A DNA stretch of 63,882 nt, the filler included, from Reticulomyxa filosa (taxonomy: Eukaryota > Protista > Foraminifera), in NCBI GenBank assembly GCA_000512085.1. It is 18 parts of 18 records of this genome, joined end to end, with 100 filler letters (N's around TTAATTAATTAA, not from the genome) between each part and the next. Parts side by side here need not be neighbours in the genome. Positions count along the whole stretch, not along the records: positions 24,180 to 28,115 come from ASPP01005232.1; positions 28,216 to 29,576 come from ASPP01005555.1; positions 29,677 to 30,698 come from ASPP01006627.1; positions 30,799 to 31,879 come from ASPP01023893.1; positions 31,980 to 48,415 come from ASPP01027127.1; 13 more parts are not named here. One strand, 5' to 3'. Of this stretch, positions 26,902-40,403 are shown in pieces. The notes beneath the pieces are model-generated. The model did not search any database, was not told the DNA's origin, and was given only the letters and a program-made list of their open reading frames with translations. Both the position numbers and the translations under genes were made by a program. The number at the start of each line of letters is the position of its first letter. Within the stretch, counting starts at the first letter, position 1.

Positions 26902-27955
26902 TTATAATTCTTTCTGCTGCCTAACTACAGCGGTGAGCATTTGTTTGAGCGCGTCCAATTCAGCAGCAACGGCAAACAACTCAGCTTTGCAATCGGACAA
27001 CTCTTTTGTTTTGTCATTGCCATCCAACAAGTTTTTGACGTTTCTCAGCCGATTGTCAATTTCTTCTAATTTCTTTTTGACATTTGCAAATTCTCCTTTT
27101 GCCTGTAAATTATTTTGTGTGTGTGTGTCAGCCACATATTTTTTATTAAAAAGTTATCACCAGTTCTTGTCTTTGCAAAAAAAAAAAAAAATGTGAAATT
27201 TTGATGACACATCAAAACTTTAATAATTTTGTAATTTTTCTTGGTCATGACAAAGTCAACGCAGCGTTGCATATTTATTTTCAATTGCGCATGTCTTTTA
27301 ACCAAATTTTGGAGCGTGGCTGTTTCATTTTTCTGAAACATGTTCATCACGGACTGATTTCTTACGTGTTCCATTGATATTACCACTGAGTTTGTGCGGC
27401 CTTTCGAGCCGTCGTTTTGTTCCACGCTTAATGTCGTCAAGTCTGAGACATTGGTTCCTCTCCTAAAACAACAACACATTCACAATCAATCTTCAAAATA
27501 TAATGTGTCAATTCAATATTATTATTATTTTATTATTTTATTATTGTTTATAGATAATAGGTGACGAACATAAATATAACTAAATAAGATGTATATATGC
27601 ATATAATAAGTATTAAAACCCAATTTATAAAGAATGTATTCAAAACTTGGCAGCATCAGACAAAATTTTCAATCCTTGAGCCCACACAAAGGCTTCTTTG
27701 GGAGACTTTGCGGTGACATTCAATTGCTTCGCGTCTTTGCCATAAACGACAGTAAAAGACGTTTCGTGGATATCCTCGGCTTTCGAGCGTCGCACCACGT
27801 CCGACTCCTTTCCGATTTTGATTTCGACAATGTCTTTGATGGGAATGCGAGTGTTTTCTTTGTCTTTTTTTTGAGAAAACCAAATGAGGTATTTGTGGTC
27901 GTCGGATAATCGGAAGGTGCGATAGCCACTGCCATATCTCCCATATTTCAACTTG
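26902..27955 (-). CDS. PH-domain (PLC/Mcp5/PRAF-type) plus C-terminal coiled-coil protein, 3' part
   Basis: KYGRYG..FRLSDDHKYLIWFS..IKDIVEIKIG..SFTVVYG..LNVTAKSPKEAFVWAQGL is typical of this PH subfamily. Later exons are coiled coil and end QQKEL*. Confidence 0.8.
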
Positions 27956-28215
27956 TTTCACACATGTGCACACATATAGAAAAGCTAATGATATTTTCAT
28001 TTTATATGCATTATATATATATCATATATGTATGTATATGTATATATTCTATTTTCTCCTTTTCATCTATCTAAAAACATAAACGCCCATCAATAAAAAG
28101 TTCAAGGTCATCCACNNNNNNNNNNNNNNNNNNNNNNNNNNNNNNNNNNNNNNNNNNNNTTAATTAATTAANNNNNNNNNNNNNNNNNNNNNNNNNNNNN
28201 NNNNNNNNNNNNNNN

Positions 28216-28304
28216 GTTTTTAAAAACCCGGAATTCAAACCCTTTCGGTTCCAACGTTGGAACCGTTTTTAAAAACCCGGAATTCAAACCCTTTCGGTTC
28301 CAAC
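28216..28304. repeat. 40-bp direct duplication bridged by a 20-bp perfect palindrome
   Basis: 28216-28255 is identical to 28265-28304. CGGTTCCAAC|GTTGGAACCG lies at 28246-28265. Confidence 0.9.
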
Positions 28305-29676
28305 TCACGCTATATCACATTCTCTCGGCAAGCTCTCCCGAGCACATTTTGGACAGCACCTCGAAACTGTATCCCAACAAGTGCGTATACGTATACTTGG
28401 CATTTGCAGGGATCAAAATGCAAAATGGCATTGGAGATACCTCCGTTATTGTAGTTGTCCCAATTGCCAAGCTGTGGTTTCAACGTATACGTATGCGATT
28501 ACTGTGGGAGCTATGTCCGTCTCTGTCTCTATTTCGACCATGAGGCGTTGCGGATAATGCGAGATCCAGTGAATTGCGTGCGTTGTCAACTGATTTTTTG
28601 CCAATAAGGAAGTTCGCTTTCGATGTAACACGGACCCCCCTCTCTCTTTGGTAATAGTCTTGTGGCTTGGTTGGTGCTGTTTTGAGATCCCATGAATTGT
28701 CCCATTGCCATTGCCATAGTTCCTGGGCTCTCTTCCACTTCGTGATCTTTATGATGTTTTCATTAAGCAAAAATCACAAAGTACATATTTACATATGTAC
28801 GTATATAAAATATATTTATATATGTATACGTCGAAGAACACAGACGCACTCGTGAAGCGAAAGAATGACAAAAACAAAGGGCATCGAGTTGACAGTGGCA
28901 CGTTTCGCAAATAATATAGAGAAATACTCGTTTGATCAGTTGCTGTAAATTTTTCAATCTTAATCTTTACATTGCACTTATTTTAATTTTTGATTAAGCT
29001 CTTGTTTTTTATACTCAGTAAAAGATACTTTTCCTGCTGTGGATCTTGGCACCGGGTTTTGCCTTTGAAGAAAATATGAATGGGGTCATCCAATGAAAAA
29101 CTTGTGTCCCTTAAAACATCCTTTTTAGGACATAATCGTATTGAACCTTGCTTGCAAGATAATCTTCTACAAAAACCTACTCACTTCTCACTGCAGTATC
29201 AGTAATGAAAGCAGGTTTGAAAAATTATTTCTCCGTTTTTCCGTTCATGGTTAAAAAAAAAACAAAATTTAATTAAAATAAAAACGATAGTAGTTGAACA
29301 ATCAATTATTTTGAAGCGAGCGTATTTTAACACATTCAACGTACATATCGTTGGAATACAGAAAGAAATATCAACTGAATTTGTTCAGGTAACCATATCA
29401 ACATTTTGTTTTTCCCTTTCCCTCCAATTGTTTCGGTTATCATTTTGAAAAACATAAATGTTGTTTATATTTGACATAAGACCAAAGAGGAAATTTGTGT
29501 GTGTGTGTGTGTATTTGCACACACGACGACGAAAAACAGGAGAGGTTTGCATATAAGGAAAGTGGAGATCTCTCGGNNNNNNNNNNNNNNNNNNNNNNNN
29601 NNNNNNNNNNNNNNNNNNNNTTAATTAATTAANNNNNNNNNNNNNNNNNNNNNNNNNNNNNNNNNNNNNNNNNNNN

Positions 29677-29898
29677 GCAGTGACCGCTGTTTTTGAAGCA
29701 GTTAAATCTAATGGCATGACAATTTGTTTGAACTCTTTGTTTTCATTTATCAAGTATTTGGATTCTTCAATGTGTTTTATTTTCTTTGCATTTGTTGAAG
29801 TGGATGTGACCATGTGTTTTTTCACCGCTTCACAAGCGCTGTTACAATTACGTAAAGCATTATTTTCGTTTGAAAGACTTTTTTTCTTGTCATTGCCA

Positions 29899-29956
<58 letters not shown>

Positions 29957-30685
29957 GATTGACATTGTCATTGTCACATTTATTCAAATCAATGGCATTC
30001 TTTGTCGGACTGCAATTCATTTTCCTTCGTATTTTGACATCACTAGCACATGCTTTTTTTTGTGTTCCAAAGGCAAAGACGACGTAGGAGTCATGCGAAT
30101 GATCATCAACGTACTATTGTTTGGGGTGGTGGCATCCCGGCCATGGTCATGTGCGACGGATGGAGAGAGTAGTGTTAATGGCTGAGGAGAAGTGGTGAAT
30201 TTGGAAGGAGCATTTGGAATACCTGATTGTGGCGCTACCGACGAGGATGGAAGGTGCGTCGATAGTATTGACTTTGGCCACAACTCACTCTCTCCCTGGC
30301 CAACACCACCACCACCACCACCACCATTACTACTACCATTGCCGCACATCTTTCTCTTTGCTTGCTTGTTCTCCGATTGCATGCTGCTCTCATTCACGTT
30401 CGCTTGCAAGGTCCGACTTTGGCCAGACGGTCGCTTTGAATCGACAACAAACGATGGCAGTTTGTCGTTCAAAGGATGGGACGCTGTTACATTGCTGTCG
30501 GGTGTATTTGACTCGTTCCATCTTTTTTGGCTTGCCCTTTTTTTCAGTTCTTGTGGCTCATGTCTCATTGACATGTTTCTCGCTTGAGAAAGAAAAGGCC
30601 CTGTCTTTGATGACGTGTTCAATTCATTGTTTTCAAAATAGTCCTTTGTACGTGTGTCTGCTGTGTTTTTTGACACAATCGCCAA
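29677..30685 (-). CDS. Low-complexity (S/N/G-rich, polyN) internal coding segment of an unknown gene
   Basis: ORFs 30017-30685 and 29625-30020 are linked by a -1 frame change and contain (AAT)n polyAsn and polyGly. Confidence 0.55.
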
Positions 30686-30798
30686 GTTATTATTATTANN
30701 NNNNNNNNNNNNNNNNNNNNNNNNNNNNNNNNNNNNNNNNNNTTAATTAATTAANNNNNNNNNNNNNNNNNNNNNNNNNNNNNNNNNNNNNNNNNNNN

Positions 30799-31245
30799 TC
30801 TGCCGAAGATATGATGTTGGGTTTATTGACAGGCTCCTTTGCATGGACACCCAATGCGACTGTAAAATCTTTCGCACCACAGATTTGATAGATGCGATAC
30901 GGTCTCATGTATTCAAATATTTTGGGAGTTGTGTGTACCATGTCCGTCACAGGCTCAAATCCCCACATTAGCACACAGCCTTTGACAATCCACACAATAG
31001 ACATTATATACACATACATACATACATACATATATAAAATGCACTGCAAAAGTGTATCAAAGCAAACCTAATTTAGTAATTGCAAAGGTACGGTCTTCAA
31101 CACATTCGATTCGAACAATCGGGTCATCTTTCAATATTTCCACCTGTTTTGGAATCCATTGTGTCTCTTCGTTGCCATGTCCTAATCGATAATCTGCTCC
31201 AACACTAGTTTAATATTGTATGCCATACATATATATATGTATATG

Positions 31246-31276
<31 letters not shown>

Positions 31277-31879
31277 ATGTATACATATATAAAATAACCC
31301 AAAAGTGAAGACTTCTCCTTGTCTGGACAGCAGAGCAGCGTGGAAAGGACCAGCGCTCATATCGGCCATGGCGGGCATATTTTCCAAAAACATAGGTTTG
31401 GCAGTCTCTGGAATGTCTTGGCCAATGCCCATGCGTCCATGTTCGTTTACCCCACTTGTGCAAATGAGTCCATCGGTGAGCAGAATTAGAGTATATTGTG
31501 TCCCGCATTCTACTTTGGATACACCCAAGTTCTTGTCCTCTGTCAAAAAAAAAACAATAGTAATTGATAAGTAATAATGGAATGAAAGAAAAAACAAGCC
31601 TTGGACGGAAGGATGAAAATCAACGCGACCAAAAACCTTTTGTTGGTTTTTGTCTTCGAATCCAAGCCATGGACCAGGCATTCCCCACGTGTAGACATCG
31701 ACATGAGCAGAGTGCCAAGCAGCAGAGTGTGTGTTGGAACAAGAAATGCCAGTGACTCCCAAATTGTTTAAGAATGGCAATATTTTGGGGGCATTGACGT
31801 CGGCGGGCAAATTGGTGAGTTGTTTGGCGCCCCATCCAAAGACAGTGCACTCCAAAGTCAAGGCCAAGCCGTGACGAGA
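30799..31879 (-). CDS. RCC1-repeat protein, internal fragment, multi-exon
   Basis: VFGWG, ISCSNTHSAA, VECGTQYTLILLTDG..SGVNEHGRMGIG, MSAGPFHAALLSRQGEVFTFG and ICGAKDFTVAL. Confidence 0.88.
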
Positions 31880-31979
31880 NNNNNNNNNNNNNNNNNNNNN
31901 NNNNNNNNNNNNNNNNNNNNNNNTTAATTAATTAANNNNNNNNNNNNNNNNNNNNNNNNNNNNNNNNNNNNNNNNNNNN

Positions 31980-34900
31980 CAATCTTTTGATAATCGAGTA
32001 TCTCCTTGATTTCCGCAAAGACAAAAACAATATGGCGATCATAATAAATCCAATCAATATTATTTCGGCAAAGTTATTTTCGTTTGTAATGTACAAGTTT
32101 TTTGCATTTCTTTCATCCTTTGATACATACTCTGGTAATTCCTGATTTTCAAATACTTGGTACCATTCCCTACTTTCTGAAAATCGATTGCCTAGCAAGT
32201 ATAATCCATTCTTCAATTCGGTGTTGACATTAAGCGACAACAGTAGTGCTGTTTTTTTTGGTTCATTCCATCAATGTCTTTTTTTTTTTTTTTTTTTTTT
32301 TGTAAAATAACGTGCAAGACACGTATATACAAATACCTGACTCGTCTCCAATGGTCGTAATCTGGCTTATATTTTTGATATTAGTTGTTTGAATCAAATT
32401 GCTTGGCATTGCACCAGACAAACGATTTTGTATTAGCGTAACAAATTCAATACTCCCTTGAGTGTCCCTCCATGGCAATACTCCATCAATTGCACATTCA
32501 TGCGCAAGAAACATTTGCACACTGGTGTTGTACAAGCTGCTTGGAAGATGCCCTTTCAGATGTGGATTGTTATAAATGGATAATATCTTCAATGCTGGTG
32601 CTTTCTGAAATAAATCGTCCAACCTTAGATTATTTTGTGTTTTAATTTGAATGTAAAGGTGCACTTGTAAAACAAATGAAACAACATTTTCTTTTTTTTT
32701 TTTTTTTGAGGAATACATATATACCAATCATGCAAATTATGATCTGAAAATTGATTCATATGCAGTGTCAAGACCGATGTAAAATTCATTCGATTAGGTA
32801 GTTTCGGCAAATTTCCACTAAACATATTCTTTTCCAAAGAAAGCATAAGCAACTGATCCCAATTGTAAGAATTGCCAAATGGAATAGTTCCACTTAGCAT
32901 ATTGTCGTTGAGTCCGACAACTACCAAGCCTGTTAATGCATCCAATTGCGGCAACTCACCACTCAATCTATTTTAACATAAAAATCTGTTTAAAAAATTA
33001 GTTGTTTTTTTTTTTCGACAAATCAAATCGAATTGTGTTTCTTTTTGATAACTTATTGTAACCCAACATCAAATACTGCAAATAATCCATGTTTTCAATT
33101 CCTTTTGGTATTGTACCACTCAATTCATTTTGCTCCATAATTAAGAACCACAAGTCCAAATTTCCAATTTCTGATGGTATAGTCCCACTCAATTGATTTC
33201 GAGACAATTCCAAAATGGTCAAATCCGATATATTTCCAATTCCCTCTGGTATTGTACCAGTCAATTCATTTTGATTGAGAAATAAAAATATCAGGTTGAC
33301 TAAATTTACAAGCTCTTTTGGTATTGTACCAGAGAGCCTACAAACAAAAAGAGCATACACATATTCAAATTACCTAAAGAATTTTGGAGTGGGAAAAAAA
33401 AAAGCTTACCGATTTCGATTCAAATCCAAACATAGAAGTTGGTTCATATTTTCAATTTTTGGTGGAATGGTACCATTTAGTCTTTTTTATTTTGTATTAA
33501 TAAAAAAATAAACAATTGTTTTTTTTCAAGTATTTATTTTGTATTTTTAACTTATTCTGGCCAAAATGTAAATACATTAAATTTGTCAAATTTGTAATTT
33601 CCAGTGGTATTGTACCTGTCAACCTAGTCAATTTCATTTAAAAAAATACACTTATTTTGTAATTTGCTATTTTTAAACAAACACAATGACATGTCAAACT
33701 TAACGTATTATTACTCAGATCTAATGTTAGCAATGCCCTTAAATTTCCAATTTCTTTGGGTACGGAGCCAGACAATCTATTTAGATTGTTTAAACAACCA
33801 TCAACAACTTATTGATTTGAAAATAGTTTATCTGTGTTGTTTTCCGTGTAAAACCGAACTGATTATTGTACAACTCAAGATTTTGCAATCTAGTCAAATG
33901 ACCAATCTCCGGAGGGATCGTGCCACTTAGTCTATAATACCCACAAATTACACAAATATACATTTTGTCAAAAAAAAGACAATATTTTCCAATAAAAGCA
34001 TATATAAATATATACATACATATACACTTCTCAACCTCATTGAATTCATATTCAACAATTGTAAATTGATCAAATTTCCAATCTCTGCTGGTATTGTACC
34101 ATTTAATCTTTTGTTTTTTTTAAATAAAGGAAATTTTTTTTTATATACCCTCAAATCCAAAACACATTTTTTTTTTTACATAACTTATTCATATCCAAAA
34201 CAATAAGTGTTAAATTGCTTACATTTCCAATTTCTGGTGGTAGTGTACCAATCAAATCATTTTGCTCGAGGAGCAAGCAGTTCAATCCAACAATATTTCC
34301 AAGTTCTTTTGGTATTGTACCAGAGAACCTACACACACACATACACAAAAAGAGCAAAATATTCAAGTATCCAAAGAATTGGAGAAATAAAAAAAAACTT
34401 ACTGATTTCGACCCAAATCAAAAAATAGGAGATTGCTCAAATTTCCGATTTCTGGTGGAATTGTGCCGCTCACGTTACTAACATCAACAAAAATATTTGT
34501 ATAACTAAAAAGATATATCATATGCACGTGCGTAACACATATATATATTTATATCTCAACTTTGAATACATTTGCAAAGATTGTAAACTGGTCAATTTTC
34601 CAATCTCTCTTGGTATTGTCCCTGTCAATCTATTTATGAAAAAAAGAAACCCTTTTCTTTTTTTTTTTGTCTCCTCTCTACCTTAAAAAAAATAAAAAGG
34701 AACTGATTGTAATCCAATGCCAACGATCTCAGTTTTGAAAGTTGACTATTATTTTGAAAAAAACAAAACAAAACAAAAAAACAGCCTTTTTTTTTTTTGA
34801 ATACATTTTTTTCCCAAAGTTACCAAATTTCGGGAGGAATGGACCCTTCCAAAAAATTTTCTGCCAAAATTAATTGTTGCAAATTGGTAAGATTTACTAC

Positions 34901-35234
34901 ACATGCAGGTATTGTTCCAAACAGGGATTGATTGTTTAGGAAAATATCAGTGACGGTGGATTGTCCATCTTTAGAATCACAAACCACTCCTTCAAATGAA
35001 CATCCGTCATTTGAGGAAATGTTCCAGTTCAATCCATACATTGCATCATAAAAGCACAGTAATGCGTTCATCTCAGATTCAGGTAAACTCGATGTCTGGC
35101 TCACTTTGTGGTTTTATTTCAGTTGTTTACGAACAAGAACCAAGAAATAATGTAAGTTTGTGGAGGAAACTGCAGAAATGGGCCCACCAAATACAAATAG
35201 TGGCCAGCCAAAAAAAATTCAAGAACCAGGTCAT
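31980..35234 (-). CDS. Plant-type LRR receptor-like membrane protein (signal peptide, LRRNT cap, about 20 LRRs, TM helix); C-terminus truncated
   Basis: Repeats of LxGTIPxEIGNLxxLxxLxLxxN, a cap ALLCFY..W..GCSFEGVVC, and TM FAEIILIGFIMIAILFLSL followed by RKSRR. About 15 exons with GT-AG boundaries, read by hand. The first exon is inferred. Confidence 0.9.
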
Positions 35235-35408
35235 GTTTTATTCGGAATTTAATGTAGTTCTTCTGCGTACAGCTCCTTTTTGTCGTTCACTGTTACGTTG
35301 ACAACATAATTTTGAAACTTTGACAAAACGATAACAACAAATTGAATTAAGCGTTGCATATTGAATTGAAATATTTCTTTTCATTTTCTTTGTTTGCCTT
35401 TTCAGACC

Positions 35409-36136
35409 CAAAAGTTTCAGTATGAGTATCCATGCACTATGGAAGAAGACAGAAGAATTTTTACAGTTGTTAAGATGCTCACAAATATGTCCGAGTTTTT
35501 CAGTCTCCAAAATCAATCCATACAAAATGTTATACGATCATGCAGTGTACAAAATTTGGCCTACTTTTTTGAAGCTAGTCAGTGTAGAAAAAAAAAGAGA
35601 GTATTTTGTTTTTGTTGTTGTGTTCCTTGATCATAAACAATTACCATGAAGTAAATTGCCTATAAAGAGTTATACCTCCAATGTAATCAAGATTGATGAA
35701 AGTTTTGAAAAATACTCAGTGTTGTGTCGCCAAAATAAATAAAATAAACAATGTTTTTTCGTTAATCAAAGAAAATTTCAGTGTCAAAAACAGGTCGATT
35801 TTTTTGTGAGGACCCTAAAGCAAAAAAGAAGTTCTCGTTTCATTTGCTTTCAGAAACAAAAGGAGAGAAATTTGTTCATCTTTGCTAGTTAATACATTTT
35901 CTTTTTGTATAGAAGAAAACATGTTTGGAATGAAATATTACTGGGTGTTAACAACTTGATGAACACCCAGGATACAACATCCCAAAAAATAAAGGTTAAT
36001 ACCATGAAGAAAATGCTTTTTTTATCATTTTTCTTCAAAGTGCTGACCTAAATCAAAATAGTATAAAGTGATTGTATTTTCTCGTTATTAAAAAATGTGT
36101 TTTTTTATAGTTGCGAATTCGCGAAGCGGTTAAAGA
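35409..36136 (+). repeat. Dispersed repeat copy 1 (degenerate C2H2 zinc-finger gene remnant)
   Basis: Shares collinear blocks with 50464-50798: CAGTATGA.TATCCATGCA, GATGAAAGTTTTGAAAAATA..CAGTGTT, TTTTTGTGAGGACCC and GTTGCGAATTC.CGA.GCGGTTAAAGA. Confidence 0.8.
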
Positions 36137-36352
36137 GTTGCAAAACTGCGATCATAATTAAATTGAGAATTTTTTTCTTTGATTTGTAATTGATTTTTTA
36201 GATTGTGATACTTTATCAAATTTAATATTATTTTTTGCTTTTTAATAAACAAAAAGTTCAATCAAAAACAACAATAAAAAGCACATCATCTTGGATATTA
36301 CACGGTTCAATTTGAAATAACTAAACTATCTTTTAATTGAACGAGTGATATT

Positions 36353-37056
36353 ATGGATATAATCAAATATCATTTTCAGGGATTAAAACAAACGAATTCA
36401 GACTGTTCTCATGATACAGCAGTCTCAAAAAAAAGCAAGGCAAAAAGTCGCGTGGACGTGTTCTTCTGTCGTCTGGTCGTGGAGAACGAAAATAACAGCG
36501 ATTCTTCCGAAGGCTTAGTGTTCTACCTGTTCCAGGGCAGACAGAACGCAAGAAAAATGTGGTCGGTGGGCCCACCGCAAGTCGCCAATGCCAAATCTAA
36601 TAATATTGACGACAAATCTAACGTCGTCATCTCTATCGGCGAAATCGCAATGCAAAAGTTTGTGATGGATTGTCAACTGATCGAAACAGGTATGTACATG
36701 CATACACATATATGTTATTATTTCATTTAATCAATCAGTTCAAATTTTTTATTTTTTTTTATTTTTTTAAAAAAAGAAAAGCTATTGATAACCTGTCATG
36801 TTGGCAGCTTCGACGAATTCAATACATTGGTGACAAAAATACGAATCGTGGTGCTGTTTTATCAAGTGTTCGACAGACTATTCCAAGTGGACACAAAGAA
36901 AGTCTAAACTCTTTTCAGCATTGGAAAATGCTGAAAAATAAATTGGACATGCTAATGGAAACTAGAGTAAATACAAGAAGCAAGGTTATGGGTACTATTT
37001 TTTTAAAGAAGTCTTCGCTAATAAGTCTAATTTATCGGAGAAAGTATAATAGATGA
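36353..37056 (+). pseudogene. Hypothetical gene fragment (2 exons, no obvious continuation)
   Basis: Protein-like ORFs 36353-36730 and 36670-37056 are separated by an intron-like AT tract. No family recognised. Confidence 0.35.
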
Positions 37057-40000
37057 AATTTAGGTAAAAAAATATTGATTTGTGACAAAGTTAGACTACA
37101 ATTAGTATTTTTACAACAAATTTACTACGATAACGAAGACTTATGTATAATGATTTTATCATGACTATTGAAAATTCTAAGAGCTACAAATCGATTTGAC
37201 CAGCACATTTGCTACTTTTTACAAAGTACATTAAAAAAACTTGTTATTCATAGAATTATTTAGTATGTCAAAACTCAAGTGACATAACAACTAATTTCAA
37301 ACTTTAAAAATAAAAAATGGTTTGCATTAAGAAAAAGTTACCAATAATGAACATGGTAGAACGATACATTGCTAAGCGTTTACAAGTGATGTAGATAATA
37401 TCAGTAAGCATATCATTTAGCTATTCAGCATACAGTGACTGCATTAATTTCATCTGCAATCAGTTCATATAACTTGCAGTTGAAAAAGCAAACTAGTTCT
37501 CACTTGATTGTTCCATCAACTCATTTCGCTTATACGTTCGATATCATAACAACTACATGTCAAATCCAATTCGCAGTTCAAGTGATTTCAAATACAGTAT
37601 CTATGTCTAGCATTAGTTTAATTTTTTAGTATTTTCGCCGTTGCTCAATTAGTGCATATTCGCTATCATTTGGGTCATCATGTCATCTACTTATCCACAT
37701 TCAATTGTCATTATCAATATTATTGTCATTGTTTCTTTGGTTTAAGTGACAGTGTATCAGAATTTAGTTTGACCGCAATTGTATTAGGCCTTGTAGATTA
37801 ATATCATTTTTTTCTTCTTTTTTGATATTATGTACTTACAACTAGAATAAATGCTTTAATTATTCGTAATTTTCTATTTATTACAGTACGTAAATATGAT
37901 ATAGAATAAAGTTTGCGTAAGCGACCAGCGTAAATGTATTACGTTCAACTTATCAGCAGATTGCGGGGATACAACAGTAATGATATTTGTAATAAGAGCG
38001 ACAATTACTTGTTCAAGTGTTTGCGAGTCAAGTGTGTTCTTTGAACACTTTCTTTTGCAATATTTAGACTATTTTTTGTCTTCTGATATTAAAAAAAATT
38101 TGGTGCTAAATATACTTTTCATATTGAAAAGATAATGAAAAGTACATGTCAAAACATATGAAAAATGACTAATAATATAAAACATAAAAAAAGAAAATAA
38201 AATTAAAGTTTCCAAACTAAGTCAGAACGTTATATCAAACATTTACTAATGTTGAAATTCAGTTGAAATAACTTTGTTTTGTGACAGATTTAGACTGAGA
38301 TAAGTGTTTTTGCAATAAAATTCATAATACAACGAAACTTTTCGTGAAATGACTTTAATAAATGACTATTGAATTTTGTAACTTTTTTGTTTGTTTCTGA
38401 AACGAAGTAGTCCATCAAATTGGCAATTGCTCCGGATATATCATTGTCAGAAAATTTTTTGTTTATGATTGAACATATATTGTGCAATTTTATTAAGATT
38501 TTCTCGAATTATCTTTTTCTGATTGATTGTACATTTGATAATATCATATTCAATCTTTCTTCATATGTATATATAAATTGTCTCAGACATTGCCTTGACG
38601 CCGGTACGAACATTTTGTAGTCATTGTACTTTATTTTTGTCGGCGCAATATGCAGCTTGCCGCCAATTAGTTGTAGCTTTATCGTCGAACTAGTCAAAAA
38701 ATATACCAATATCGACTTCTTGCACACATGCAACTGAGCAATAGTATCAGATTTTTGTCATTAATTTGCTATGCTGCTTCTTCTGCTATTTTTACTAATT
38801 CCAACATTAGCTTAATGTCAAAGTGCTTTCTATCTTGTTTACTGGTGAGGCTTGAACTGAAGCTGTTACAACACCATAGTAGCTATCTTTTTCATCATCT
38901 CCCTTATGCATTGATCATTGAGTGCTTATTGCTTCTGCAAACTTTGGCGTTGACTTTTGTGCTGCATATTTCTCGCATTTTTATCTCTTTTTGTGCTATA
39001 TGGTGATTAGAAAAAATCATGTCATTTGATTTCTCATTTGGTCTGCTCATTTGTGCAAATGTGTCGTTCGCCTTCACTATCATCGTCAATATCTCCGAAA
39101 CTAGGACTAGCCGCTTTGAATTGAAGCCGCCACATATCGCAGTCATTGTCGTTATAGTGACTTGCTCAAACATGTTTAAACTTTTCACCACTTTGAATCT
39201 TATTTTTTTGGCTTTCGTCTTTCAAGTTTTTTTCCAATTTTTTGTTCCATATCAATACGGAAATTCGGATCATTTGTATCTTTTGGACAAAATGTTATTT
39301 TCTTGCCTTCTTTTTTGATTCACAAAAATATCTTTTTTTTGTCCAGTTGTTTAATATTTTATTGTTTCTGTTCAATTGTTTTTTACAAAAAAAAGAGTTG
39401 TTAGATACAAATACCATTTTTAATGTATACAATGCGGCTTTTATCCTTAATAAGGTCATTCCAAAGATCAAATAAGTCTTCATCATTATCAATATGGTCG
39501 TTAATGTGTCTTTCCTTATCAAAAGAAACCTGGACGTTATCGTCAAATGAAAGGCTTCCTTGATTATATTCAACAATCCTTCACAGCTTCTCTCTTTCGC
39601 ACTTTCGGGCATTCTTCCGTCATTACGTAGGTCAGTTGCCTTAAATGTTGCTTTTTCATTCCGATAGGATTTAACTACAAAGCACTTGGCCTTTGTGATT
39701 TTGTATATGTTTTTTCTGAACTACTTATTTTTAACTGATGTGCAATAAAAAATAATTCAGAAACCATTTTTTGAAAGCTGGTCAGTAATAACGACTGGCA
39801 AAAATAATTCAACGGTCACAAAGCCAACACCCTAAGAAAACGAAACAGTGAAGTAAAGTTGACGATTTTTTTTTGTATGAAAGCTTCGTGTTGTGCCACA
39901 CCTGTATTTTCCTTAAAGTAGAATTTCAGAAAAATTTTTTTTGATTAAAACCTTTTTCCGCAAAAAACTACAAGACAAAAAAAAACTCAGCAGTTGATTA

Positions 40001-40403
40001 GCTTCTTTTGTCCGATCAGGCACACCTGTAAAAATGATTTGTCCATTTTCCTTTTTAAACTGAGCAAAAGGTTACCAGAAACAAATAAATAAAAATATGA
40101 TAAATCGGCAATTTTAAGACAAACGTTAAAATTATCTTCTGTGAAACTTACAAAAAACTTGTCAAAGACAATTTCATGTTGGATTAATAGTTTCACACTT
40201 AATGCTTTTAATTTCAAATTACCAAAGCGAGCAACGAAAGGAAAGCAGTATGACAATATTTTAAGTTTAAGGCATAAACAGCAAATGAAAATCCCTCAAT
40301 CAAGAAGAACAAGGCCAGCCTACAGGTCAACAAAGCAACAAAGCTAATGATTTTTTTATTGTGAGCTTTTATTTTGTTTACGTTGAGCCCTATTTTGGCC
40401 GGC

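Noticed and set aside
38290-39612. Minus-strand ORF pieces including AICGGFNSK, resembling the EEP endonuclease GDFN motif
   Set aside because: A single imperfect motif with no other support. Probably a decayed pseudogene that cannot be assigned.
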